From Paludibacteraceae bacterium (GTDB taxonomy: Bacteria; Bacteroidota; Bacteroidia; Bacteroidales; Paludibacteraceae): a DNA stretch of 64,000 bases. Numbering within the stretch: the stretch's first letter is position 1; every line of letters starts with the position of its first letter. Of this stretch, positions 1-9,523 are shown piece after piece. The stretch is from positions 3,130 through 67,129 of the forward strand of contig JAFSTG010000044.1 of assembly GCA_017450605.1 (NCBI GenBank), written 5' to 3'. A program made the translations under genes and the position numbers. The notes below the pieces were generated by a model. It worked only from the letters and a program-made list of their open reading frames with translations. It was not told the origin of the DNA and did not search any database.

Positions 1-1
1 G

Positions 2-508
2 ATGATAGTGATGGGACTCAATCAGGGTATGCAACCTATTGCGGGATACAATTACGGAGCGCGGCACTACGACCGCATGCTTGCCGTATTCCGTCTAACA
101 GCCATTTGTGCAACTATGGTAACCACTTTGGTGTTCTTACTGAGCGAAATATGTCCGTCGCTGATGGTGGCTATGTTCACCCACGACGAACAACTGACCG
201 CAATGTCGGTGCCGGCAATGCAAATAGTGCTTTGTATGTTCTTCTGCACAGGCTTTCAAATGGTAACAGGCAATTTCTTTACAAGTATAGGCATGGCCGG
301 CAAGGCTATTTTCCTGAGTCTTACAAGACAAGTATTATATCTTATACCATTGGTGTGTGTGTTACCTATATTTATGGGACTCAATGGTGTGTGGGCCGCA
401 TTACCTGCTTCAGATGCTATCTCTGCGTTGACGGCAGCAGTGATGCTTGTCGTGCAAATTAGAAATTTTAAACGAATGCACAAAGAACATATAAATAATC
501 AATACTAA
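2..508 (+). CDS. MATE family efflux transporter, C-terminal part (gene begins upstream of window)
   Basis: The frame is open from the window edge. The sequence is strongly hydrophobic and multi-TM, with a MATE-like GLNQGMQPIAGYNYGA segment. Confidence 0.7.
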   Translation: MIVMGLNQGMQPIAGYNYGARHYDRMLAVFRLTAICATMVTTLVFLLSEICPSLMVAMFTHDEQLTAMSVPAMQIVLCMFFCTGFQMVTGNFFTSIGMAGKAIFLSLTRQVLYLIPLVCVLPIFMGLNGVWAALPASDAISALTAAVMLVVQIRNFKRMHKEHINNQY

Positions 509-557
509 AAAATCAAATTTTTAGTGCACAAGTATTTGTTTTATATAATTTTTTATA

Positions 558-565
558 TATCTTTG
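558..565 (+). promoter_or_regulatory. Bacteroidota sigma-A -7 box (TATCTTTG) upstream of ansA
   Basis: Matches the TAnnTTTG consensus, 90 nt upstream of the ATG at 655, in an AT-rich intergenic region. Confidence 0.45.
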
Positions 566-654
566 CAGCACTCATCGGCAAATGAGTTTTTGTAATAGTA
601 AAACAAATTCGAAGTTTCAGCTTTTGTTAAAAGAACCACAAAAAAGGAGGAATT

Positions 655-1701
655 ATGACACAGGCTAAACCTTTAATTCTTCTCATTGCCACCGGTGGTA
701 CAATATCTATGGTGCGCAATCCCAAAACCGGTGCATTGCAACCTGCGGATATAGACACATTTAAGGACTACATATCCGAGTTAGACAATGAAGATATAGG
801 CTATAATATTATAGCTTTCAATCCTATGGTTGACTCGTCGGATGTGAATCCTTCGATGTGGTCGAAACTTGCCACTATCATATACAATGAGTACAATAAC
901 TACGATGGTTTTGTAGTGCTTCATGGTACCGACACTATGGCTTATACAGCTTCGGCTCTGAGTTTTATGCTCGAGAATCTTAATAAGCCGATTGTTCTTA
1001 CAGGTTCGCAGCTTCCGATGGGAGTGCTGCGTTCGGATGCGCGAGAAAATCTACTGACAGCAATAGAGATAGCATCTGCCCGCGATGAAGAAGGAGATGC
1101 GATAGTTCCAGAAGTAACGGTGTTTTTTGAAGACAAGTTATTCCGCGGAAACCGTACAACAAAAATGAGTGCCGAGCATTTCTCGGCTTTTGCGTCGTTC
1201 AACTACGAGCCTCTTGCTGTCGCCGGAGTGCATATTAAATATTATCCGCACCTTGTGCATTATTCCGACCCCGATAAGCCTCTTCGGCTGCACACAACTA
1301 TTTGTAACGATGTGGTGGTGCTTCAGTTGTTTCCGGGCATATCGGAAACAACGGTAAGAAACATACTCTCTATTCCCAATCTTAAAGCAGTAGTGCTCGA
1401 AACATTTGGTGCAGGGAATGCTCCATCCGACCAGTGGCTTGGCGATGCCTTGTCTGAGGCTACAGAGAGAGGGGTTATAGTCGTCAATAAAACTCAATGT
1501 CTTGCCGGTGCAGTGGAGATGGGGCGGTATGCTACTTCACTCAATCTTGTCTCTGCAGGAGTGATAAGCGGTTTGGATATAACGATGGAAGCACTTCTCA
1601 CAAAACTGATGTACCTGCTTGGCGAAAAAGAAGGGAATACTCAAATAGTTAAGCAACTGCTCCAGAAATCGCTTTGTGGCGAAATGACGGTTGACGAGTA
1701 A
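655..1701 (+). CDS. ansA: L-asparaginase, type I
   Basis: 348 aa. Has the N-terminal LLIATGGTISM catalytic-threonine motif and the HGTDTM motif of the asparaginase/glutaminase family. Confidence 0.85.
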   Translation: MTQAKPLILLIATGGTISMVRNPKTGALQPADIDTFKDYISELDNEDIGYNIIAFNPMVDSSDVNPSMWSKLATIIYNEYNNYDGFVVLHGTDTMAYTASALSFMLENLNKPIVLTGSQLPMGVLRSDARENLLTAIEIASARDEEGDAIVPEVTVFFEDKLFRGNRTTKMSAEHFSAFASFNYEPLAVAGVHIKYYPHLVHYSDPDKPLRLHTTICNDVVVLQLFPGISETTVRNILSIPNLKAVVLETFGAGNAPSDQWLGDALSEATERGVIVVNKTQCLAGAVEMGRYATSLNLVSAGVISGLDITMEALLTKLMYLLGEKEGNTQIVKQLLQKSLCGEMTVDE

Positions 1702-1749
1702 ACCTTGGCTTGGGTATATATAGCGTATAAAAAAACACCATAGAATAAA

Positions 1750-3222
1750 ATGAATAATAACAAAAAACCGAATATTATGACTCTACAAAATTTAAATCCT
1801 CAAGGTTTGTGGAAAAATTTCTACAGCCTTACGCAGATTCCTCGTCCCTCTGGGCAGAAACAAGCGATATCCGATTTTATTTATAACTACGGAAAATCTC
1901 TTGGTCTTGAAACATTGCGCGACGAGATAGGCAATGTACTTATCCGCAAACCTGCATCCAAAGGTCTTGAAGATCATCCCGGCGTTATCCTTCAAGGACA
2001 CATGGATATGGTGCCTCAGAAAAACTCTGATGTGGTGTTCAACTTCGAAACCGATCCTATACGCGCTTACGTTGATGGTGAATGGGTAACAGCCGAAGGC
2101 ACTACTCTCGGAGCAGACAATGGCATCGGTTGTGCTACGGCAATGGCTGTATTAGCCGATAAAGAACTTGTGCATCCGCCTTTGGAAGCATTCTTTACCG
2201 TAGATGAAGAAACCGGCATGTATGGCGCTTTTGCGCTGCAAGGTGGATGGTTGCAGGGTAAAACACTCATCAACCTCGATTCTGAGGAAGAGGGTGAACT
2301 GTATGTCGGTTGTGCTGGAGGTGTTGATGCTAATATAAGTTTTGGTTTTGTGCCTGTTGAACCGCAGAATGACGATGTAGCTTTCAAGGTGGTTGTTAAA
2401 GGTTGTAAGGGCGGGCATTCCGGTTGCGATATCAATCTGCAACGTGCCAACGCCTGCAAACTGCTTGTCCGTTTTCTCAAAGACGCTATTGCCAATCAAG
2501 AGGCTTGCCTGAGTTCTATCAACGGTGGTTCGCTCCGCAACTCTATCCCTCGTGAGGCAGAGGCTGTGGTTACTGTTCCTGCTGATGGAGCCGACGACTT
2601 CCTCCAACTCGTTGATGAGTACGAAGACCTGTTCTTGCAGGAGTACAAGGGGGTTGACGATGGAATTTCGTTCACTGCACAAGAGGTGGATTTGCCAAAA
2701 CACATTATCCCCGAAGAGATACAGGATTCGCTTGTTCATTCGCTCACGGCGTGCCCGCATGGAGTATATCGCATGATACCTGAGATGCCGGATGTAGTGG
2801 AGACAAGTAATAACCTTGCAATGATTACCACTACTGAGGGTCGTGTTGAAATATGCTGCCTTACACGTTCGTCGGTAGAAAGCCGCAAACAAGAATTGTC
2901 GGAGATTATCGAAAGTTGTTTCGCTCTTGCCGGTGCAAAGGTTGAATTTTCAGGCTCCTATCCGGGTTGGAAACCTAATGTCAACTCTCCTATTTTGCAC
3001 ACTATGCTTGATGTTTATGAGCACGAGTTCCAACAGAAACCTCGCATCATAACCATACATGCCGGATTAGAGTGCGGTATCATAGGACGCAACTATCCCG
3101 GTATGGATATGATATCGTTCGGACCTACAATCAAACATCCGCATTCACCCGACGAGAAAGTGAATATTGCCACGGTAGAGAAATTCTATCATTTTCTTCT
3201 GGCAACGCTTAAACGACTATAA
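1750..3222 (+). CDS. pepD: aminoacyl-histidine dipeptidase (M20 family, PepD-like)
   Basis: 490 aa with M20 metallopeptidase-type motifs (GHMDMVPQ, VDEETGM, LDSEEEG). The ATG at 1777 (MTLQNLNPQGLW...) is an equally plausible start. Confidence 0.8.
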   Translation: MNNNKKPNIMTLQNLNPQGLWKNFYSLTQIPRPSGQKQAISDFIYNYGKSLGLETLRDEIGNVLIRKPASKGLEDHPGVILQGHMDMVPQKNSDVVFNFETDPIRAYVDGEWVTAEGTTLGADNGIGCATAMAVLADKELVHPPLEAFFTVDEETGMYGAFALQGGWLQGKTLINLDSEEEGELYVGCAGGVDANISFGFVPVEPQNDDVAFKVVVKGCKGGHSGCDINLQRANACKLLVRFLKDAIANQEACLSSINGGSLRNSIPREAEAVVTVPADGADDFLQLVDEYEDLFLQEYKGVDDGISFTAQEVDLPKHIIPEEIQDSLVHSLTACPHGVYRMIPEMPDVVETSNNLAMITTTEGRVEICCLTRSSVESRKQELSEIIESCFALAGAKVEFSGSYPGWKPNVNSPILHTMLDVYEHEFQQKPRIITIHAGLECGIIGRNYPGMDMISFGPTIKHPHSPDEKVNIATVEKFYHFLLATLKRL

Positions 3223-3228
3223 AATAAA

Positions 3229-3939
3229 TTGAATGCTTTAGAAACATATACCAGCTTAAAGCCTAATATACTGCTTGCTACCACCGATGCGAGTTATGCT
3301 CTTCTGCTTTCCGAAAATCTTGAACAAAGAGGTTTTGAGGTAGAGCATACTTCGAATATGCGTTTGGCTATTGAGCGAATACGTCTGCATGCTTTTGACC
3401 TCTGCATGCTTCAGACCGGTACGATGTCAGCCACTGCTTTGCAGACACTTCGTGAGATACGCCAATATGATGAGAAAATACCGGTACTTCTGCTTTCGGA
3501 AAAATATGAGAAGGAAGCCATACTCGACGGATATGCTGCCGGTTGTGACGAGTATGTGGTAACACCGGTAAGTGTTGATATACTTGAATGTAAATTATAT
3601 AGCTGGCTTCGTCGGGCAGTTGTGGATGTCCGTTTGTCTCTTGCAAAAATCAGTATAGGTGAATTTGTGCTCGACCCCTCACGGCAGACATTCAGTAATG
3701 CAAGTATGTCACGGCATTTGTCTGCCAAACAAACCTTGCTGCTGCAACTCTTAGCGCAAAACAAAAATAAGGTGGTGGAGCGTGAGATTATATTGAGGAA
3801 GGTTTGGCGCGACGATAGCGTATTTGCTGCCCGTTCGCTAAGAGTGTATATCAACAAATTGAAACAGATGTTTGCCGATATCGACGGAATAGAAGTGCTT
3901 AGTGTGGCAAGACGCGGATATATGCTGGCTGAAGAATAA
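3229..3939 (+). CDS. OmpR/winged-helix response-regulator-like protein with degenerate receiver domain
   Basis: 236 aa; TTG start in the ORF track. The N-terminal CheY-like layout lacks the acceptor Asp (CMLQ) and the conserved Lys (VTPV). A C-terminal winged-helix trans_reg_C-like region is present (RSLRVYINKLKQ ... RRGYML). Confidence 0.65.
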   Translation: MNALETYTSLKPNILLATTDASYALLLSENLEQRGFEVEHTSNMRLAIERIRLHAFDLCMLQTGTMSATALQTLREIRQYDEKIPVLLLSEKYEKEAILDGYAAGCDEYVVTPVSVDILECKLYSWLRRAVVDVRLSLAKISIGEFVLDPSRQTFSNASMSRHLSAKQTLLLQLLAQNKNKVVEREIILRKVWRDDSVFAARSLRVYINKLKQMFADIDGIEVLSVARRGYMLAEE

Positions 3940-4015
3940 CAGGAAATCACGTTGTTATGAGTAACCTCAATTTTGATACTTTTATGGTCTGATTAAATAT
4001 TTTATTTTTTTGTAC

Positions 4016-4023
4016 TAATTTTG
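4016..4023 (+). promoter_or_regulatory. -7 box TAATTTTG upstream of ddl
   Basis: Matches TAnnTTTG, 23 nt upstream of the ATG at 4046. Confidence 0.5.
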
Positions 4024-4045
4024 TGGCCGATTTGAATTTAAAATT

Positions 4046-5020
4046 ATGAAACGAACAATAGCAATTGTGGCGGGCGGCGATTCGAGTGAGCACGAAGTAT
4101 CGCTTCGTAGTGCCGCCGGCTTATACGAATTTATGGATAAAGAGCGTTACAACTTATACATTGTTGTATTGCGAGGTGCCGATTGGCATGTTGATATGCC
4201 TAACGGTCAGAAGATATATATTGATAAAAACGATTTCACATTACCGCTGCCTTCCGGTAAGATAACATTCGATTATGCTTATATAACGATACATGGTGTG
4301 CCTGGCGAAAGCGGACAGTTACAAGGGTATTTTGATATGTTGGGCATTCCGTATTCATGTTGTTCGGTATTTGCGGCTGCGCTTACATGCCATAAGTTTG
4401 CCTGCAACCATTTCCTCAACCAATTCGGAATAGATATAGCACCTTCTATGCTCCTGCGTTCAATAAAACAAAAGAGAGAAGAACAGATAGTCGAGCGCGT
4501 CGGATTGCCATGCTTTATAAAGGCAAATACAGGTGGCAGTAGTTATGGTTGTACCAAAGTTAAAACCAAAGAAGAGATATTACCTGCTCTTGAAAAGGCA
4601 TTTGCCGAGGATACAGAAGTGATAGCAGAGGCTTTCATGCAGGGCACAGAGGTTACATGCGGATTATATAAGACAAAGAAACGCTCTGTTGTATTCCCGC
4701 TTACCGAGGTAGTAACACACAATGAGTATTTCGACTATAAAGCCAAATACAACGGAGAGTCCGACGAGATAACACCTGCAAGGATAAGCGATGAACTAAC
4801 CCGTAGGGTGCAGGAAACAACGCTGAAGATTTATAATCTGATAGGTTGCCATGGCATTATTCGGGTTGACTACATCATAGAAGATGGAAAAATTAAAGTT
4901 ATGGATGTTAATACCACTCCGGGTATGACCGCCACAAGTTTCATCCCTCAGCAGGTGCGTGCTGCCGGAATGAATATAACCGAGGTGTTAACCGAGATAA
5001 TAGAAGACTCTTTTCAGTAA
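4046..5020 (+). CDS. ddl: D-alanine--D-alanine ligase
   Basis: 324 aa with an ATP-grasp Ddl pattern: IAIVAGGDSSEHEVSLRSA at the N-terminus, HG.PGE.G.LQG, and C-terminal NTTPGMT..S. Confidence 0.85.
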   Translation: MKRTIAIVAGGDSSEHEVSLRSAAGLYEFMDKERYNLYIVVLRGADWHVDMPNGQKIYIDKNDFTLPLPSGKITFDYAYITIHGVPGESGQLQGYFDMLGIPYSCCSVFAAALTCHKFACNHFLNQFGIDIAPSMLLRSIKQKREEQIVERVGLPCFIKANTGGSSYGCTKVKTKEEILPALEKAFAEDTEVIAEAFMQGTEVTCGLYKTKKRSVVFPLTEVVTHNEYFDYKAKYNGESDEITPARISDELTRRVQETTLKIYNLIGCHGIIRVDYIIEDGKIKVMDVNTTPGMTATSFIPQQVRAAGMNITEVLTEIIEDSFQ

Positions 5021-5045
5021 GTGCCCGTTAAAAGTCAAGAATAAG

Positions 5046-6023
5046 ATGGATTATATTAGCCACATACAGCAAGCTCTCGACTCGCTTGACTGGAAACGTC
5101 AACCGCTGAATCTTTACGGGCCTATTGCTTACGCTTTGCAATCGGGCGGAAAACGCCTGCGTCCGCAGTTGGTTCTAATGGCTGCCGATTTGTTTGGACA
5201 AGTAAATACAGACACCACTGCTGCTGCTCTTGCAATTGAAATATTTCATAATTTCACCCTCTTGCACGATGATGTGATGGATAATGCTCCTACACGTCGA
5301 GGCAGGCCTACAGTACATTATCGTTGGGATGATAACACAGCCATTCTTTCTGGCGACCAAATGCTTATAGAGGCTTACAAACAGATATCGTATATATCGT
5401 CGCAATGTCAGTCTGAGGCGTTGTCATTACTTAATAAAGTTGCTACAGAGGTTTGCGAAGGTCAGCAGATGGATATGGACCTTGAGCGACTATCATACGA
5501 CAAGGTGGATGGTGAAACACTTGGCACCTATATTGAGATGATACGTCTTAAAACCTCGGTGCTGCTTGCTACAGCTTTACAACTTGGTGCACTTACAGTC
5601 GGCGCCCCCTCTGACGATTGCTCGAATCTTTATGATTTTGGTATCAATCTTGGCATTTCGTTTCAGATAGAGGATGATATGCTTGATGTATATGGCGAAG
5701 AGCAAGTCTTTGGCAAAACTCTTGGCGGGGATATCTGCGCCGGAAAGAAAACATATCTTTTGCTAACAGCTCTTGCGCGCGCCGATTGGAAGACGCGCAA
5801 ACAACTGCTCGACTTGTTGCACGATGATGAACTTGCTAAAGAGAAAAAAGTAAAAGAAGTAAAAGCAATATATGACTCATTGTCAGTGCGTAATGTAACG
5901 GGCGATGCCATCAAAACTTACACACAAAAAGCACTTAGTGCACTACAAAAAGTAAATGGCAAACCGCAAGAGAAACAACAACTTATTTCGCTTGCTCTAC
6001 AACTCGAACAGCGTCAACATTAA
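5046..6023 (+). CDS. polyprenyl diphosphate synthase (trans-isoprenyl diphosphate synthase family)
   Basis: 325 aa with two Asp-rich motifs, LLHDDVMD and FQIEDDMLD, plus GKRLRP near the N-terminus. Confidence 0.85.
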   Translation: MDYISHIQQALDSLDWKRQPLNLYGPIAYALQSGGKRLRPQLVLMAADLFGQVNTDTTAAALAIEIFHNFTLLHDDVMDNAPTRRGRPTVHYRWDDNTAILSGDQMLIEAYKQISYISSQCQSEALSLLNKVATEVCEGQQMDMDLERLSYDKVDGETLGTYIEMIRLKTSVLLATALQLGALTVGAPSDDCSNLYDFGINLGISFQIEDDMLDVYGEEQVFGKTLGGDICAGKKTYLLLTALARADWKTRKQLLDLLHDDELAKEKKVKEVKAIYDSLSVRNVTGDAIKTYTQKALSALQKVNGKPQEKQQLISLALQLEQRQH

Positions 6024-6078
6024 CATTAACTTACTGACAATACCACCCACAGCATTCACAGACTAACATTATTTTAAA

Positions 6079-6840
6079 ATGCCATACCGTCGTTTACCTA
6101 ATACAGATCAAGCACGTTTGTATGCTTTGCAAACAGCTGTGCAAAAAGCCTCCGAAGCCGATTTCACGGAGCAGGTTCTAAATTATAAGACCCTTAATGA
6201 AGCTCGTCGTTTTTTGATAAACTACGAGGGGAAGGTTTCACAGTATCACCAGAACTTCCAATCGAAGGTGTCTGCTAATAAGCGTTATAGGCACATAGTG
6301 CAAAATGCAAGAATGTATATTTCGCATTTCATTCAGGTGCTTAACCTTGCCGTTATTCGTGGTGATATAAAGAAAGAGCAGAAAGCGCTTTACAAACTTG
6401 ATATCAACAATCATATTCTTCCTGATTTAAGTTCAGAAGAAGATTTGTTGGTGTGGGGACAAAACATCATCGATGGCGAGCTGGAGAGAACAAAAATGGG
6501 TGGTTTTGCTATCTATAACCCTACAATATCAAAAGTGAAGGTTCACTATGATATTTTCAAAGAGTATCAGGTAACACAGCAGTTGCACAACAAAACGGCC
6601 AATCGCTCGTACGAGGATATGGCTACTTTGCGAGAGCAGGCGGATGCACTGATTTTGGATATATGGAATCAGGTGGAATACTATTTCCGCGATGACTTGC
6701 CTTACGCGCGTTATTGCCACTGCAAAGCGTATGGAGTAATCTATTACTATCGTACAGGCGAAAAACACCTGAGTGTGGAAACCGATAAGGAGTTGGAAAG
6801 ACTCAGAGAGCAGTCTCCTACTATACAGTTTGATAATTAG
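6079..6840 (+). CDS. hypothetical cytoplasmic protein
   Basis: A 253-aa ORF with normal composition, no signal peptide and no recognised motif. It is coding-like and fits between flanking genes. Confidence 0.5.
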   Translation: MPYRRLPNTDQARLYALQTAVQKASEADFTEQVLNYKTLNEARRFLINYEGKVSQYHQNFQSKVSANKRYRHIVQNARMYISHFIQVLNLAVIRGDIKKEQKALYKLDINNHILPDLSSEEDLLVWGQNIIDGELERTKMGGFAIYNPTISKVKVHYDIFKEYQVTQQLHNKTANRSYEDMATLREQADALILDIWNQVEYYFRDDLPYARYCHCKAYGVIYYYRTGEKHLSVETDKELERLREQSPTIQFDN

Positions 6841-7445
6841 TCGATTTTTATTGTTCTTTTGTCGGTAACAACGATATTAACTTTTCTGTCAAAGAATCCG
6901 GTTGGGAGGGTCTTATTTACCAATTGAAAATCGTATCCTACGCCTACTTGTGTGGTATGCTTGAAATGTCGCAGGAAACGGTCGTAGTAGCCTCCCCCTC
7001 TTCCCAAACGGTTACCATAAATATCGAATACCAATCCTGGAACAATAATCAAATCCAACTCACCTCTAAAACGTTTGCCGGTAGGTTCGGGAATACCAAG
7101 CGATCCTCGATGCAACCGATCGCCATGAGTGTAGCGGCGAACCTCAATACTGCTGCGGTGTGTAACCGGCAAGAAGAATTCTTTTTCGTCTTTGTACCTA
7201 CTGCATAGTTCTATAAGGTCAGCCTCGTTGTGGATGGGGAAATAGAGCATCACTCTTTTGGCTTGACGAAACTCCTCGAGTGCCTCAATATGGGTTACAA
7301 TCTCCGTTGATAGTTGCTTGCAGGTCTCTTTTTGCATGATGCGGCGACGCTGAGCTATAATCTCACGCGCTTTGGCTTTCTTTCGTTTGAGTTTTCGCCA
7401 AGGAAGAAGATTGAGCAGGTCGGTGAACGTATATTTTAGCAGCAT
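6837..7445 (-). CDS. 5-formyltetrahydrofolate cyclo-ligase
   Basis: Has the GNRLGRGGGYYDRFL motif near the C-terminus. The start was moved from 7514 to the ATG at 7445 (MLLKYT...) because the longer N-terminal extension looks non-coding. Confidence 0.75.
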   Translation of the reverse strand: MLLKYTFTDLLNLLPWRKLKRKKAKAREIIAQRRRIMQKETCKQLSTEIVTHIEALEEFRQAKRVMLYFPIHNEADLIELCSRYKDEKEFFLPVTHRSSIEVRRYTHGDRLHRGSLGIPEPTGKRFRGELDLIIVPGLVFDIYGNRLGRGGGYYDRFLRHFKHTTQVGVGYDFQLVNKTLPTGFFDRKVNIVVTDKRTIKID

Positions 7446-7552
7446 AGTGTTTAGATGTTGGTTTTGGTTTGCAAAGTTACATTTTTTATAACAAATATAA
7501 AAATGAAAAGCCAAAGTTTGATGTTTTTCTTGCGTATTTTAAGAAATGGCAT

Positions 7553-7560
7553 TACCTTTG
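7553..7560 (+). promoter_or_regulatory. -7 box TACCTTTG upstream of lipoprotein gene
   Basis: Matches TAnnTTTG, 57 nt upstream of the ATG at 7617. Confidence 0.5.
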
Positions 7561-7616
7561 CCAAAGGTTTTTAAAGAGTACTGACAGACTATACACTTAT
7601 TTCTACCGACAAGCAC

Positions 7617-8960
7617 ATGAAGAAACTTTTATATATACTTTTTGTTTTGTTGAGCGTGATTTTGGCATCGTGCTCATCGTCAACTACAACTGACAACACC
7701 CCCTCTTCCGACCCCAAGTTGGCTTCGCTCACTTTTCGTGCAAACGACTCTATTCCGGGTTTGGCAGCAGCTTCGTTTACCATCGAAGAGCCTGCCGATA
7801 CTGGAAAGATTTATAATATAGATTCGCTTGCATACGGTACGCGGATAGATAGCGTGGTGCCTTTATTCCGGTTTAATGCCACTCCGGCTGTCGCACGTTT
7901 GATTACTTCTCATGATACAATCGACCTTACAGGTCTGGATACCATAGATTTTAGTGAAAGGCCGGTAAGACTGTTTGTTTTGGCTGCCGATTTGGTTCAT
8001 ACGCGTTGGTATAATATCTATGTTAATGTTCATAATGTTGACCCCGACCTATATACATGGGAACGACTCAGTGGGCAGATTACTCCAAACGCGTATTCAT
8101 CGCAGAAAGCATTTCGTTGTAATAATCAGATAGTCTTTCTTACCTCTGACGGACTTGACATATCTGCTTTTGTTTCTTCCGATGGGGTAACATGGCAATC
8201 GCGTCCGACAAATCTGCCACGGTATGTGTCGGTTAAGAAGTCTCTGCTGTTTGGCGATGGTGTACTACTTGCCGATAAAAACATGCTTTACCATTCTGCT
8301 GATGGCTTGCAATGGACAGAGCAGGATTGTTCGGCACTTGATTTCGAATTCGAGAATCTGCTGTTTTGTCTTGCCGATTCGGCATGGGCAATAGTAAGGG
8401 AAAAGTCGAACGACGACTATCATTTTGCCACTTCTGCAGATGGTAAACAATGGCATTACCATACAGAAACACTGCCTGCCCATTTCCCTGTTTCAGAGTT
8501 CGGCACAACGGTGTTTGTCTCTCCCGGATTGCGCGAGCGTGCAATCATCTTAGGTGGATATGATGCTGTCGGCAACATGCTTAATACTTCGTGGAATATC
8601 GAACGTTACGATGCGGGTGGCTTCCGGTGGACCGAATATTCCGATTCTCAACCCGGCGTATTGCCTGTTGCCGGAGCACAAGTGGTCTATTATAACGGAA
8701 GGCTCTTCGTTTTTGGAGGTATAGGGGCTGACGGGCGCTTAAAGCAGTATAAGATAAAGGAGTCGCTCGACGAGGGACTTACATGGCACGATACCGACTC
8801 TGTAAAAAACGTATTGCCGCCTTCATATACATATCGTTATGGGCAGTCGGTATTCACAGTTGATGGCGACATCTACCTCATTGGCGGTCAATCGCTCACC
8901 GAGGTCTATTCCGATGTATATAAGGGGCGTCTTGGAAGTATAGATTTTCTTAAGAAATAA
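7617..8960 (+). CDS. lipoprotein with C-terminal Kelch/beta-propeller-like repeats
   Basis: 447 aa. Lipoprotein signal MKKLLYILFVLLSVILASC. The C-terminal half has repeated GG.D/G...L motifs (IILGGYDAVGN, LFVFGGIGADGRL, IYLIGGQS). Confidence 0.6.
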   Translation: MKKLLYILFVLLSVILASCSSSTTTDNTPSSDPKLASLTFRANDSIPGLAAASFTIEEPADTGKIYNIDSLAYGTRIDSVVPLFRFNATPAVARLITSHDTIDLTGLDTIDFSERPVRLFVLAADLVHTRWYNIYVNVHNVDPDLYTWERLSGQITPNAYSSQKAFRCNNQIVFLTSDGLDISAFVSSDGVTWQSRPTNLPRYVSVKKSLLFGDGVLLADKNMLYHSADGLQWTEQDCSALDFEFENLLFCLADSAWAIVREKSNDDYHFATSADGKQWHYHTETLPAHFPVSEFGTTVFVSPGLRERAIILGGYDAVGNMLNTSWNIERYDAGGFRWTEYSDSQPGVLPVAGAQVVYYNGRLFVFGGIGADGRLKQYKIKESLDEGLTWHDTDSVKNVLPPSYTYRYGQSVFTVDGDIYLIGGQSLTEVYSDVYKGRLGSIDFLKK

Positions 8961-9012
8961 AAAAATGTGCCGGTAACAAATACCGACACATTCCTTTTAT
9001 TCAAAAACCTGA

Positions 9013-9276
9013 TTAAAGTTCAATAGCTTTGCTGGCTTTGAATTTAACAACTTTCTTTGCAGGGATTTGAATCTTTGCACCATTAGCAGGGTTAACACCG
9101 GTACGAGCTGCACGCTCAGTTACACCGAAAGTACCAAAACCGATGAGTTGTACGTTCTCACCTTTTTTCAATGCACCTGCTACAGCCTCAACGGTAGCGT
9201 CCAATGCCTTTTGTGCAGCAGCCTTTGATAGACCTGCTTGAGCTGCAATAGCAGCAACGAGTTCAGCTTTGTTCAT
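9013..9276 (-). CDS. hup: DNA-binding protein HU
   Basis: 87 aa starting at the internal ATG: MNKAELVAAIA...GFGTFGVTERAARTGVNPANG. This is the typical HU/IHF fold sequence. The 111-aa extended ORF was rejected. Confidence 0.9.
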   Translation of the reverse strand: MNKAELVAAIAAQAGLSKAAAQKALDATVEAVAGALKKGENVQLIGFGTFGVTERAARTGVNPANGAKIQIPAKKVVKFKASKAIEL

Positions 9277-9362
9277 ACTTAAATGATTATAAATTAAACG
9301 TTTAATTAACGATTGTTGTCGAAGGTAACAGTCTCGCCTTGTCCGCAATCTTATTTCAATCG

Positions 9363-9370
9363 CAAAGATA
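9363..9370 (-). promoter_or_regulatory. -7 box TATCTTTG (minus strand) upstream of HU gene
   Basis: The reverse complement of caaagata matches TAnnTTTG, 87 nt upstream of the HU ATG at 9276. Confidence 0.5.
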
Positions 9371-9464
9371 TAGTTTTATTTTGAATTTACAAACAATTAG
9401 CTGAAAAAACTTATATTTTCTTACAATTTTATGTTGATTGCAGAGATTTGTACGATTTTTGTAT

Positions 9465-9472
9465 TACCTTTG
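9465..9472 (+). promoter_or_regulatory. -7 box TACCTTTG upstream of rhomboid gene
   Basis: Matches TAnnTTTG, 52 nt upstream of the ATG at 9524. Confidence 0.5.
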
Positions 9473-9523
9473 CAATAATGTCATCTTTCAAATATAATCA
9501 ACAATTAACTATTAACTATCTAA

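Noticed and set aside
2152-2892. 246-aa antisense ORF inside pepD, and similar long antisense ORFs at 3411-3950, 32674-33120, 33610-34170, 34800-35297 and 28170-28565
   Set aside because: They lie entirely opposite well-supported genes and have Ser/Arg/Cys-rich shadow-frame composition with no motifs. These are typical antisense artefacts.
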